A DNA stretch of 32,000 nucleotides from Nitrospirota bacterium (GTDB taxonomy: Bacteria; Nitrospirota; UBA9217), in contig JAGVOT010000123.1 in the NCBI GenBank assembly GCA_020052615.1, positions 174 through 32,173 of the forward strand, in the 5' to 3' direction. The translations under genes and the position numbers were made by a program. A model generated the notes under the pieces. The model was not told the origin of the DNA, made no database searches, and saw only the letters and a list, made by a program, of their open reading frames with translations. Shown here piece after piece: positions 23,500 to 30,347 of the stretch. Every line of letters starts with the position of its first letter. Position 1 is the first letter of the stretch.

Positions 23500-23560
23500 G
23501 GCTATAATCGGCGCAACGGACAGGAGAACAGCGTCGCCGGTGCGGGGAGGGAAATAACCC

Positions 23561-23590
23561 TTGACAAGGGCAATGCCTCCGTGTTACTAA
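23561..23590 (+). promoter_or_regulatory. Sigma70-like promoter of nikR and the nik operon
   Basis: TTGACA (23561-23566), an 18-nt spacer, then TACTAA (23585-23590). The -10 element lies inside the NikR box. Confidence 0.5.
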
Positions 23591-23608
23591 TCTTGCAATA
23601 AGTAACAC
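23581..23608. promoter_or_regulatory. NikR operator (perfect inverted repeat GTGTTAC-N14-GTAACAC)
   Basis: GTGTTACT (23581-23588) and AGTAACAC (23601-23608) are perfect 8-bp inverted arms, 28 bp in total. The site overlaps the -10 element and ends 1 nt before the GGAGG SD of nikR. It has the same overall geometry as the 28-bp E. coli NikR site. As I recall, the arm sequence matches the NikR box predicted for many non-enteric bacteria and archaea. Confidence 0.75.
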
Positions 23609-23617
23609 GGAGGTCCT

Positions 23618-24037
23618 ATGGCCGGCATTACCCGTTTCGGCATGTCCATTGACAGTTCCCTCGTCAGGAAGTTCGACGCGATCATAGCAAAAAAGGGATA
23701 TACGAGCCGGTCCTCGGCCATTCAGGATCTGATCCGCGAAAAACTGGTCGAAGAAGAGTGGGAGGCAGGAGACCAGGAGACCGTGGGGACCATCACCATC
23801 GTATACAATCACCATACCCGTGAACTGGAACACGCGCTCACGGAGATGCAGCACAAGTCCTTTCACCAGATCGTGTCCGCCCTCCATGTACACCTGGACC
23901 CGCACAACTGCCTGGAGGTGCTCGTGGTGAAGGGCAAGGGGCAGGACATCAAGAAGATCGCGGACCGATTGATCGGCGCCCGCGGCGTGAAACACGGCAA
24001 ATTGACGATGACAACGACCGGCAAGGAGCTTGCATGA
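23618..24037 (+). CDS. nikR: Nickel-responsive transcriptional regulator NikR
   Basis: The ribbon-helix-helix N-terminus is [36 protein letters not shown]. The C-terminal nickel-binding domain has [13 protein letters not shown], which aligns with E. coli LHVHINHDDCLEI (high-affinity site His, His, Cys), plus upstream His residues ([17 protein letters not shown]). Confidence 0.9.
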   Translation: MAGITRFGMSIDSSLVRKFDAIIAKKGYTSRSSAIQDLIREKLVEEEWEAGDQETVGTITIVYNHHTRELEHALTEMQHKSFHQIVSALHVHLDPHNCLEVLVVKGKGQDIKKIADRLIGARGVKHGKLTMTTTGKELA

Positions 24038-24075
24038 TCTTGTGGGGCATGCATTGTACCCTTCAGGAGGCGATC

Positions 24076-24861
24076 ATGCGCAGGCTGGCAGGCATCGGAG
24101 CCGTCATTATGCTGTATGCGGTCACGGGTACAGCATGGGCAATGCATCCCCTTGTCACCGATGATCCCGGGACGCAGGGGAAAGGAGCCGTCCTGGTCGA
24201 GTCGAATATCAGCTATTTGAAGGACAACGAGTTCAGGTCCACCGTGGTCCCGATTGCACTTACTGTGGGGATCAGCGAGACCATGGATGCAGGCGTCGAG
24301 TCACCCTACCTTTTTCTTCGCCCCAGCGCGGCGACCGGAAATCCCGAGAGCGGGTTCAGTGATGTGAACGTCAAGTTCAAGCATCGGATCTACGAACGGG
24401 AGAAGAAGAATGGCGAACACGAGCAGTCGGAGCGTTCTCTTGCCTATCAGGTCGCCTATAGCCAGCCATCGGGCAGCGAGGAAAAAGGACTCGGCGCAGG
24501 AACAGCGCGCTGGAGCGTGCGGCTCATGGGAACCACGGAAGGGGAATCCACGGAGGTAAGCGCAAATCTCGGCTATGATTCATCGGGCAAAGCGCTCAGG
24601 CGGGGGAACTTCTTCTTCGATTACGCTGCTTCTCTGAGCGTTGCCGCGAAATATGAACGGCCGAAGCCCTGGGAGCCGGTTGTGGAGCTTTCGGTGGTCC
24701 GGGTGAAAGGCGGGGATGGATATGAACGCCTCGCCTCGGCGCTGGCGGGCATCATCTATGAACCCTCGGATCAGTATTATGTCGATGCGGGCATTCGTAT
24801 CGGGTTGAACGAACGGTCGGAGGACTATGCGCTCCTGGCAGGGTTCGGCTACAAGTTCTGA
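24076..24861 (+). CDS. Outer-membrane channel protein of the MetA-pathway/phenol-degradation-like 'transporter' family
   Basis: CAGGAGG precedes the ATG at 24076. Signal peptide ...AVTGTAWA. The mature N-terminus MHPLVTDDPGTQGKGAVLVESN is the typical HP..TDD..T...G start of this OM family, and the protein ends LLAGFGYKF. It sits between nikR and nikM with 38-39 nt gaps. Confidence 0.65.
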   Translation: MRRLAGIGAVIMLYAVTGTAWAMHPLVTDDPGTQGKGAVLVESNISYLKDNEFRSTVVPIALTVGISETMDAGVESPYLFLRPSAATGNPESGFSDVNVKFKHRIYEREKKNGEHEQSERSLAYQVAYSQPSGSEEKGLGAGTARWSVRLMGTTEGESTEVSANLGYDSSGKALRRGNFFFDYAASLSVAAKYERPKPWEPVVELSVVRVKGGDGYERLASALAGIIYEPSDQYYVDAGIRIGLNERSEDYALLAGFGYKF

Positions 24862-24900
24862 CAAGCGCTGTTCTGAGCGCTGCGGAAAGGAAGGGAGAGC

Positions 24901-25569
24901 ATGCATATACCTGACGGTTATCTTGGTCCTTTGACCTACGGCACGATGTATGCCGCAGCGCTCCCGTTCTGGGCTGCGGCATCATGGAAACTGAACAGGA
25001 CGCTGAAGGCCAAGCAGGCCCCGTTTCTGGCGATCGGCGCGGCTTTCAGCTTCGTCATCATGATGTTCAACATCCCTATCATCGGGGGGACCACGGGTCA
25101 TGCGACCGGCGCCACGCTCATAGCGATCCTGATAGGTCCCTGGGCTGCACTGATAGCCGTATCGGTGGCGCTCATCATCCAGGCCATTCTGTTCGGCGAC
25201 GGCGGGATCACGGCGATCGGCGCCAACTGCTTCAATATGGCCGTTGCGGGCGTGTTCGTGGGATACGCGATGTATCGCATGATCGCCGGTGATGCGGCTG
25301 TCACGAGCAGACGGCGATGGATAGCGGCAGCCGTTGCGGCATATGTAAGCCTGAACGTATCGGCCCTGATCACCGCGGTGCAATTAGGACTGCAGCCGAT
25401 CCTGGAACGGGCGCCGGACGGTCAACCGCTCTACTCGCCGTTCCCGCTGTCCATTGCCGTTCCGACAATGGCCCTTGAACATCTGCTGCTGTTCGGTTTT
25501 GTCGAAGCCGCGGTAACGGCGCTGGTGATCAAATATTTTCAAAAGAACGATCCCGAGATGCTGTCGTAG
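24901..25569 (+). CDS. nikM: ECF-type Ni/Co transporter substrate-capture component NikM/CbiM
   Basis: The hallmark N-terminus is MHIPDGYL, followed by FNIPIIGGTTGHATGA, in a protein of about 7 TM segments. The nickel assignment comes from the NikR operator context and the absence of any B12 riboswitch. Confidence 0.9.
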   Translation: MHIPDGYLGPLTYGTMYAAALPFWAAASWKLNRTLKAKQAPFLAIGAAFSFVIMMFNIPIIGGTTGHATGATLIAILIGPWAALIAVSVALIIQAILFGDGGITAIGANCFNMAVAGVFVGYAMYRMIAGDAAVTSRRRWIAAAVAAYVSLNVSALITAVQLGLQPILERAPDGQPLYSPFPLSIAVPTMALEHLLLFGFVEAAVTALVIKYFQKNDPEMLS

Positions 25570-25587
25570 ATCGGCAGGGAGTGCGGC

Positions 25588-25956
25588 ATGCGGAATGAAC
25601 AGCGTCAATCGACCGGAATGTCCACCGTACGGAAGCTGTGGATCGGCATCGGCATTCTGGCGCTCCTGTCGCCCCTGGGCGTGATCGTGCCGAAATGGTT
25701 CGGCGCCGAAGGCGCCTGGGGCGAGTGGGGGCTCGATGAGATCGAAAAGATCACGGGATTCGTTCCCGCAGGGATGAAGCGCCTCGCGGAGAGATGGAAG
25801 GCGCCCCTGCCCGACTATGCGGTCCCCGGCCAGGGCAGGGGGCTCGCGGGAGAGAGCCTGGGATACGTCCTGACCGGCATCATCGGTGTTGCTTTTGCCG
25901 GAGGTGCAATGTATATTCTTGCGAAACTGCTGGCGCGCAGGAAAAAATCCGACTGA
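25588..25956 (+). CDS. Small two-TM accessory component of the Ni/Co ECF transporter (PDGLE-domain-like, NikN/NikL/CbiN position)
   Basis: 122 aa. TM1 is LWIGIGILALLSPLGVIV. A periplasmic segment, GAWGEWGLDEIEK...APLPDYAVPG, resembles PDGLE-family proteins but with the PDGLE motif degenerate. TM2 is VLTGIIGVAFAGGAMYILA. It lies between nikM and nikQ. Confidence 0.55.
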   Translation: MRNEQRQSTGMSTVRKLWIGIGILALLSPLGVIVPKWFGAEGAWGEWGLDEIEKITGFVPAGMKRLAERWKAPLPDYAVPGQGRGLAGESLGYVLTGIIGVAFAGGAMYILAKLLARRKKSD

Positions 25957-25989
25957 GCGCAGGGAAGAACGCACCTGCCGGTGGCTGAC

Positions 25990-26865
25990 ATGTCGCGAAC
26001 GAAATTCCTCGATAAAACGCTCCTTGCCGTCGCGCAGGTCGCGGAACGGTCCTTTTTTTCCGAAGAGCACGCCCGGATGAAGGGGCTGCTGCAATTGCTC
26101 GACGTCCGGATAAAACTGCTGACGTTCCTGTTCCTGCTGGTCCTGATCAGTTTTCTCCACGAGCCGCGATCATTATGGATGCTGTACGGGTTGAGCTTAA
26201 TGCTGGCCATGCTGTCCCGTGTGCCGCTCCTGTCCTTCGTGACGCGCGTCTGGCTGTTCGTGCCGCTCTTTTCCGCGGCAGTGGTCCTGCCCGCTCTTCT
26301 CAATATCATCACTCCCGGTGAGCCCTTGTGGGTGCTTGTTTCGCTGCAGCGGTCGTATTCATGGGGGCCCTATACCATTCCGCAGGAGATCGCGGTCACC
26401 CGTCAGGGACTTTGGGGAAGCATTGTCTTTGTCTCCCGCGTGGCCGCATCGGTGTCCTTTGCGGTCCTTCTGACCATGACGACGCGCTGGTCGGACATCT
26501 TTGCCGGTCTCCGGGCCCTCATGGTCCCGCGGATATTCGTCATGACCCTGAATATGACGAACCGTTACCTCTTCGTTTTTCTCCGCCTCATCCAGGACAT
26601 GTACCGGGCGAGAAAGAGCAGGACCATCCATGCTCTCTCCTCCGCCGGAGAGCGCGGATGGGTCGCGTCCCGGATCGGCGTGATCTTCAGGAAGTCGATC
26701 GAAATGAGCAACGATATCTACCTGGCCATGCTTTCCCGAGGCTATCATGGTGAGATCATCTCTTTCGAACGCTTTCGAACCAGGCTGGTCGATCACCTCT
26801 GGCTGGCCACGATCATCGCCTTCGGCGCCGTCCTGCTGGCCTTCGAAAGGGGGCGGTTCAACTGA
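25990..26865 (+). CDS. nikQ: ECF transporter transmembrane (T) component NikQ/CbiQ
   Basis: The pattern LDVRIKLLTFLFLLVLISF is typical of the family (ldpR.Kl...). It is a multi-TM protein with a conserved Arg-rich coupling region (SDIFAGLRALMVPRIFVMTLNMTNRYLFVFLRLIQDMYRARKSR). The start is either ATG 25990 or GTG 25981. The stop overlaps the nikO ATG (TGATG). Confidence 0.8.
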   Translation: MSRTKFLDKTLLAVAQVAERSFFSEEHARMKGLLQLLDVRIKLLTFLFLLVLISFLHEPRSLWMLYGLSLMLAMLSRVPLLSFVTRVWLFVPLFSAAVVLPALLNIITPGEPLWVLVSLQRSYSWGPYTIPQEIAVTRQGLWGSIVFVSRVAASVSFAVLLTMTTRWSDIFAGLRALMVPRIFVMTLNMTNRYLFVFLRLIQDMYRARKSRTIHALSSAGERGWVASRIGVIFRKSIEMSNDIYLAMLSRGYHGEIISFERFRTRLVDHLWLATIIAFGAVLLAFERGRFN

Positions 26866-27977
26866 TGCCTCTGCTGAGCCTCAACAATGTCAGTTATTCA
26901 TACCTGCGCTCTGCGCCGGTGGTCCGGAACATGACCGTCGATTTCCACCAGGGCGAGAGGGCTGTGATCCTCGGGGCCAACGGAACGGGCAAATCGACCC
27001 TGCTGGCCCTGCTGAACGGCCTGGTGTTCGCCCAGCAAGGAGAGGTGCGGGCCTTCGGGACCGTACTCACGGAGCATGTGCTGGAGAACCGGGAATTCGG
27101 CGCTGAGTTCCGGAAGAAGGTCGCCTTTGTGTTCCAGAATCCCGATGTCCAGCTCTTCTCCCCGACCGTATGGGAGGATGTGGCTTTCGGTCCGCTCCAG
27201 CTTGGTCTTCCCGAGGAACGGGTACGGGACATTGTGGACGGCCTGCTCGAATCACTGCGTATCCAGGACCTTCGCGATCGCGCGCCGCACACGCTCTCGG
27301 ACGGCCAGAAGAAGAAGGTCGCCATCGCCTCCAGTCTTGCCACGGATCCCGACGTCCTCCTTATGGACGAGCCGACGAACGGTCTCGATCCGCGGACCCA
27401 GGTGTGGCTTATCGAACTTCTCCAGCGCTTGCATCAGAAGGGCAAGACCATCATCACCGCCACCCATGACCTTGCCATAGCTGTGGACATTGCGGAGCGG
27501 GCCATCGTATTTTCCGAGGACCACACGCTGGCAGGGGACGGTCCCATCGACGGCATCATCCGGAACGATGATCTGCTTCTGTCGGTGAACCTGATCCATG
27601 AGCATGCCCATAAACACGGAGGTACGGCGCATGTACACCGGCACGGCCATTTTGGTCATTACCATCTGAACGGAGGCGCGCAGGACGATATGCATAAGAG
27701 CCATTCGCACAGCCATGGACAGGGTCACGAAGCCGAACATTCACCCCAGGGGACCGAGGACCTCAAAAAACTGCACATCATGCTCGACCATTGGATAGAG
27801 CACGATGAATCCCACGGGGAAAGCTACCGTGAGTGGGCGCAGAAGGCGAGCGCCGCCGGTGAAGAGGAGATCGCCCGGGAGATACACCTTGCCATTGATG
27901 ACAGCGCGTCCGTGCGAAGCCATTTGAAGCGCGCCAAGGCGATCCTTGCCGCGAAGCTGGTGCTGAGAAAGCGATGA
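26865..27977 (+). CDS. nikO: ECF transporter ATPase NikO/CbiO with a ~125-aa His-rich C-terminal extension
   Basis: Walker A GANGTGKST, Q-loop, signature LSDGQKKKVAIA, Walker B VLLMDEPTNGLD, and H-loop ATHD. After ~aa 240 comes IHEHAHKHGGTAHVHRHGHFGHYHLNGGAQDDMHKSHSHSHGQGHEAEH, with 16 His in residues 245-292 (nt 27597-27740). A helical tail rich in His, Glu and Asp follows (LDHWIEHDESHGESYREW...). Confidence 0.9.
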   Translation: MPLLSLNNVSYSYLRSAPVVRNMTVDFHQGERAVILGANGTGKSTLLALLNGLVFAQQGEVRAFGTVLTEHVLENREFGAEFRKKVAFVFQNPDVQLFSPTVWEDVAFGPLQLGLPEERVRDIVDGLLESLRIQDLRDRAPHTLSDGQKKKVAIASSLATDPDVLLMDEPTNGLDPRTQVWLIELLQRLHQKGKTIITATHDLAIAVDIAERAIVFSEDHTLAGDGPIDGIIRNDDLLLSVNLIHEHAHKHGGTAHVHRHGHFGHYHLNGGAQDDMHKSHSHSHGQGHEAEHSPQGTEDLKKLHIMLDHWIEHDESHGESYREWAQKASAAGEEEIAREIHLAIDDSASVRSHLKRAKAILAAKLVLRKR

Positions 27978-28086
27978 AGGAATGATCGCCCAGCAATTCA
28001 ACGCTGATGAAGGCCGAGAAAAAATGAGGCTCACGTCAGCCAATTCGTCATTTCCTGTGAAACACGTCCTCGAATGCTGAAAATCG

Positions 28087-28127
28087 GGGAACGGGTATCC
28101 AGCAGCAAAATGATATCCTGGGTTCCC
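28087..28127. other. Stable imperfect hairpin in the nikO-fmdE intergenic region
   Basis: GGGAAC (28087-28092) pairs with GTTCCC (28122-28127). GGGTATC (28093-28099) pairs with GATATCC (28112-28118), including one G-U pair. There is a 3-nt bulge and a 12-nt loop. No U-tract follows on the plus strand. On the minus strand it would be followed by GATTTTC. Confidence 0.4.
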
Positions 28128-28189
28128 GCTTGATCAGGCATGACGGACAAGAAATAAGTCGGTGATTACGGAAGTTTTGGAGGTTTCCC

Positions 28190-28780
28190 ATGAACGACCA
28201 ATTCGATCCCGATCTGCGTGATGCCATCCAGTTCCACGGTCACCTCTGCCCGGGCCTCGCCCTGGGCTACCGGGTGGCAAAGGCCGCGCTTAAAGAGCTC
28301 AACGCAGAGCGGCCGCACGATGAGGAACTGGTGGCAGTCGTGGAGAACGATTCCTGCGCTGCCGATGCGATCCAGTTCATTACCGGCGCCACGTTCGGCA
28401 AGGGGAACCTCATCTTCCGAGACTATGGCAAGCATGTCTACACGTTCTATAATCGCCGGACCGGGAAGGGTGTGCGTATCGCCGAGGACTTTCGGGGCTT
28501 CGAGAACGATGCCCGGTATGACGAACTCAGGAAGCGGCAGCAGGCAGGGGAGGACGTTTCGCGGGAAATGGCCGAGTTCAAAATGGACAAGGTCGCCGCG
28601 GTCCTGCGGGCCGACGACAAGGACTTCCTGAAGATCGAACCGGCATCGGCGCCGGTTCCCTCCACGGCCAGGATCAGGGCATCGGTCCGGTGCGCGGTGT
28701 GCGGCGAGCGGTTTATGGAGTCCCGGGCAAGGGTATCCGGTGGAAGGTCCGTCTGCATACCCTGTTTCGAAAAAGAGTGA
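28190..28780 (+). CDS. FmdE-family protein with a C-terminal zinc-ribbon
   Basis: The hallmark is AIQFHGHLCPGLALGYRVAKAAL...ENDSCAADAIQFITGATFGKGNLIFRDYGK. The C-terminal Cys pairs are CAVCGERF...SVCIPC. GGAGG precedes the ATG. Confidence 0.85.
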   Translation: MNDQFDPDLRDAIQFHGHLCPGLALGYRVAKAALKELNAERPHDEELVAVVENDSCAADAIQFITGATFGKGNLIFRDYGKHVYTFYNRRTGKGVRIAEDFRGFENDARYDELRKRQQAGEDVSREMAEFKMDKVAAVLRADDKDFLKIEPASAPVPSTARIRASVRCAVCGERFMESRARVSGGRSVCIPCFEKE

Positions 28781-28821
28781 TGGCCTCGCCGCTGTAACCC
28801 CTCTATTTACCACAAATATTC

Positions 28822-28850
28822 TTGACTTTGAATCATCCTACCGTTATTAT
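28822..28850 (+). promoter_or_regulatory. Sigma70-like promoter of the ompA-like/rib transcription unit
   Basis: TTGACT (28822-28827), a 17-nt spacer, then TATTAT (28845-28850). It lies 50 nt upstream of the ATG at 28900, which has an AAGGAG SD. Confidence 0.55.
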
Positions 28851-28899
28851 AACCGTGCTCAAAAACGGCCTGCCATAGAACTTCAATAAGGAGCCCCTC

Positions 28900-29634
28900 A
28901 TGAACAAACCGGTTGTTTTTCCCTTACTTTCCTTATTGCTGTTCGTCGCGAGCGCCTGCGGCGTGCCGACGGCGGATCATTCCAAGGTGGTGGGCGATCT
29001 GGCGGATTGCGCGAAGCAGCGCGACGAGACCACGGTCCAGTCGAACCTGTGCAAGAACCAGGTGAAGAACCTCACGGCAGAGACCGAGGCCCTCAAGAAG
29101 GAGAAAGAGTCCCTTCAGAGCACCGTCAACGAACTGACGTCCAAGGCCCAGAGGGCCGAACAGCTGGAGAAGGCCACGCAGACCTACCAGGACCTCCAGA
29201 AAAAGCTCGAGCGGGAGATCCAGGACGGGCAGGTACAGTTGACGGAGATGAAGAACCGCCTGACCATGACCCTGGTGGACAAGATCCTCTTTCCCTCAGG
29301 CAGCGCGGACGTCAGCAAGGAAGGCAAGAAGGTCCTCGATAAGGTCATTACGATCCTGAAGGACGTCAAGGACAAGCGTATCCAGGTGGAGGGACACACG
29401 GACAACGTGAGGATCTACAGCGCCATCAAGACCAAGTATCCGACGAACTGGGAGCTGTCGACGGCCCGGGCCACGCAGGTCACGCGATACCTGCAGGAGG
29501 AGGGCGGCATCGACCCGAAGCTGCTCTCGGCAACGGGCTACTCGGAGTATCAGCCCGTCGCTTCGAACGATACGGATGAAGACAAATCGAAGAACCGCAG
29601 GATCGAGATCGTCCTTCTTCCTCTCCTGAAATAA
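28900..29634 (+). CDS. OmpA/MotB-domain protein (probable lipoprotein) with an N-terminal coiled-coil
   Basis: The signal ends in ...LLFVASAC. A heptad-like region, KNLTAETEALKKEKESLQSTVNELTSKAQRAEQLEKATQTYQDLQKKLEREIQDGQVQLTEMKNRL, follows. The OmpA-like domain is FPSGSADVSKEGKKVLDKV...IQVEGHTDNV...NWELSTARATQVTRYL...GYSEYQPVASN...NRRIEIVLLP. Confidence 0.85.
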   Translation: MNKPVVFPLLSLLLFVASACGVPTADHSKVVGDLADCAKQRDETTVQSNLCKNQVKNLTAETEALKKEKESLQSTVNELTSKAQRAEQLEKATQTYQDLQKKLEREIQDGQVQLTEMKNRLTMTLVDKILFPSGSADVSKEGKKVLDKVITILKDVKDKRIQVEGHTDNVRIYSAIKTKYPTNWELSTARATQVTRYLQEEGGIDPKLLSATGYSEYQPVASNDTDEDKSKNRRIEIVLLPLLK

Positions 29635-29647
29635 GAGCACGCAGAAA

Positions 29648-30286
29648 ATGTTCACCGGGATCATTGAAGAGATGGGCACCGTGAAGGCGCTCCGGCGGGA
29701 AGCCGGCGCCGCCCGTCTTGCCTTGTCCGCTGCAGGGGTGCTGGACGGCACGGCCCCGGGCGACAGCATCTGCGTCAACGGCGTATGTCTGACCGTGGTC
29801 GAGATGGGCAGGAACGAGTTCTCCGCAGACGTTGCCGTGGAGACGCTCCGGGTCACGAATCTCGGGGAGCTCAAGGCGGGCGCGCGGGTGAACCTTGAAC
29901 GTGCCCTTCAGCTTTCGGCACGGATAGGCGGCCATCTGGTGAGCGGGCACGTGGACGCCGTAGGCCGGCTCCGCGAGAAGCGCGACGAAGGCAACGGCTG
30001 GCGCATCTTCTTCGATGCGCCCGAAACGGTCCTCCGGTATGTCATCAAAAAGGGCTCGATTGCCATCGACGGCATCAGCCTGACGGTGGCGGATGTGGAC
30101 CGGGCGGGGTTTTCCATCGCCATGATCCCCCATACCGCCAAACTTACCACGCTGGGCTTCAAGACAGCCGGTGACAGCGTGAACCTGGAGGCGGACATCA
30201 TCGGAAAGTACGTGGAGCGGCTCCTCCCCGGAAAAGAGGCGGGGAGCGTTTCACTCGACCTGTTGCGGAAGAACGGATTCGCGTGA
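29648..30286 (+). CDS. ribE: Riboflavin synthase (alpha chain)
   Basis: [13 protein letters not shown]-terminus. The internal duplication is visible ([13 protein letters not shown] and [12 protein letters not shown]), along with HT...T.LG. Confidence 0.9.
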   Translation: MFTGIIEEMGTVKALRREAGAARLALSAAGVLDGTAPGDSICVNGVCLTVVEMGRNEFSADVAVETLRVTNLGELKAGARVNLERALQLSARIGGHLVSGHVDAVGRLREKRDEGNGWRIFFDAPETVLRYVIKKGSIAIDGISLTVADVDRAGFSIAMIPHTAKLTTLGFKTAGDSVNLEADIIGKYVERLLPGKEAGSVSLDLLRKNGFA

Positions 30287-30347
30287 CCCATTGGTTGGGA
30301 ACGGCCGGTGCGGAACGCCGGATCAGAGGAGACGAGGTGAGCAATTC

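Noticed and set aside
23503-23508. Perfect TATAAT hexamer on the plus strand in the OMP-nikR intergenic region.
   Set aside because: No acceptable -35 lies at 16-19 nt upstream (GAGGAG occupies that position). It overlaps the better-supported minus-strand TTGACA element, and the nikR promoter further downstream fits the operator geometry.
24862-24900. Possible cobalamin riboswitch upstream of cbiM, which would indicate a cobalt rather than nickel transporter.
   Set aside because: Only 39 nt separate the OM gene and cbiM/nikM, and the nikR leader is fully taken up by the promoter, operator and SD. There is no room for a ~200-nt B12 element. The NikR box argues for nickel.
28130-28159. Candidate fmdE promoter, TTGATC-N17/18-AATAAG or ATAAGT.
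   Set aside because: The -10 match is poor in either register, so the call would be guesswork without 5'-end mapping.
28781-28899. Possible FMN (RFN) riboswitch ahead of the rib genes, including the 75-nt ribBA-ribH spacer at 31554-31628.
   Set aside because: Both regions are too short, and I could not find the conserved RFN core strings by eye. A covariance-model scan would be the decisive test.
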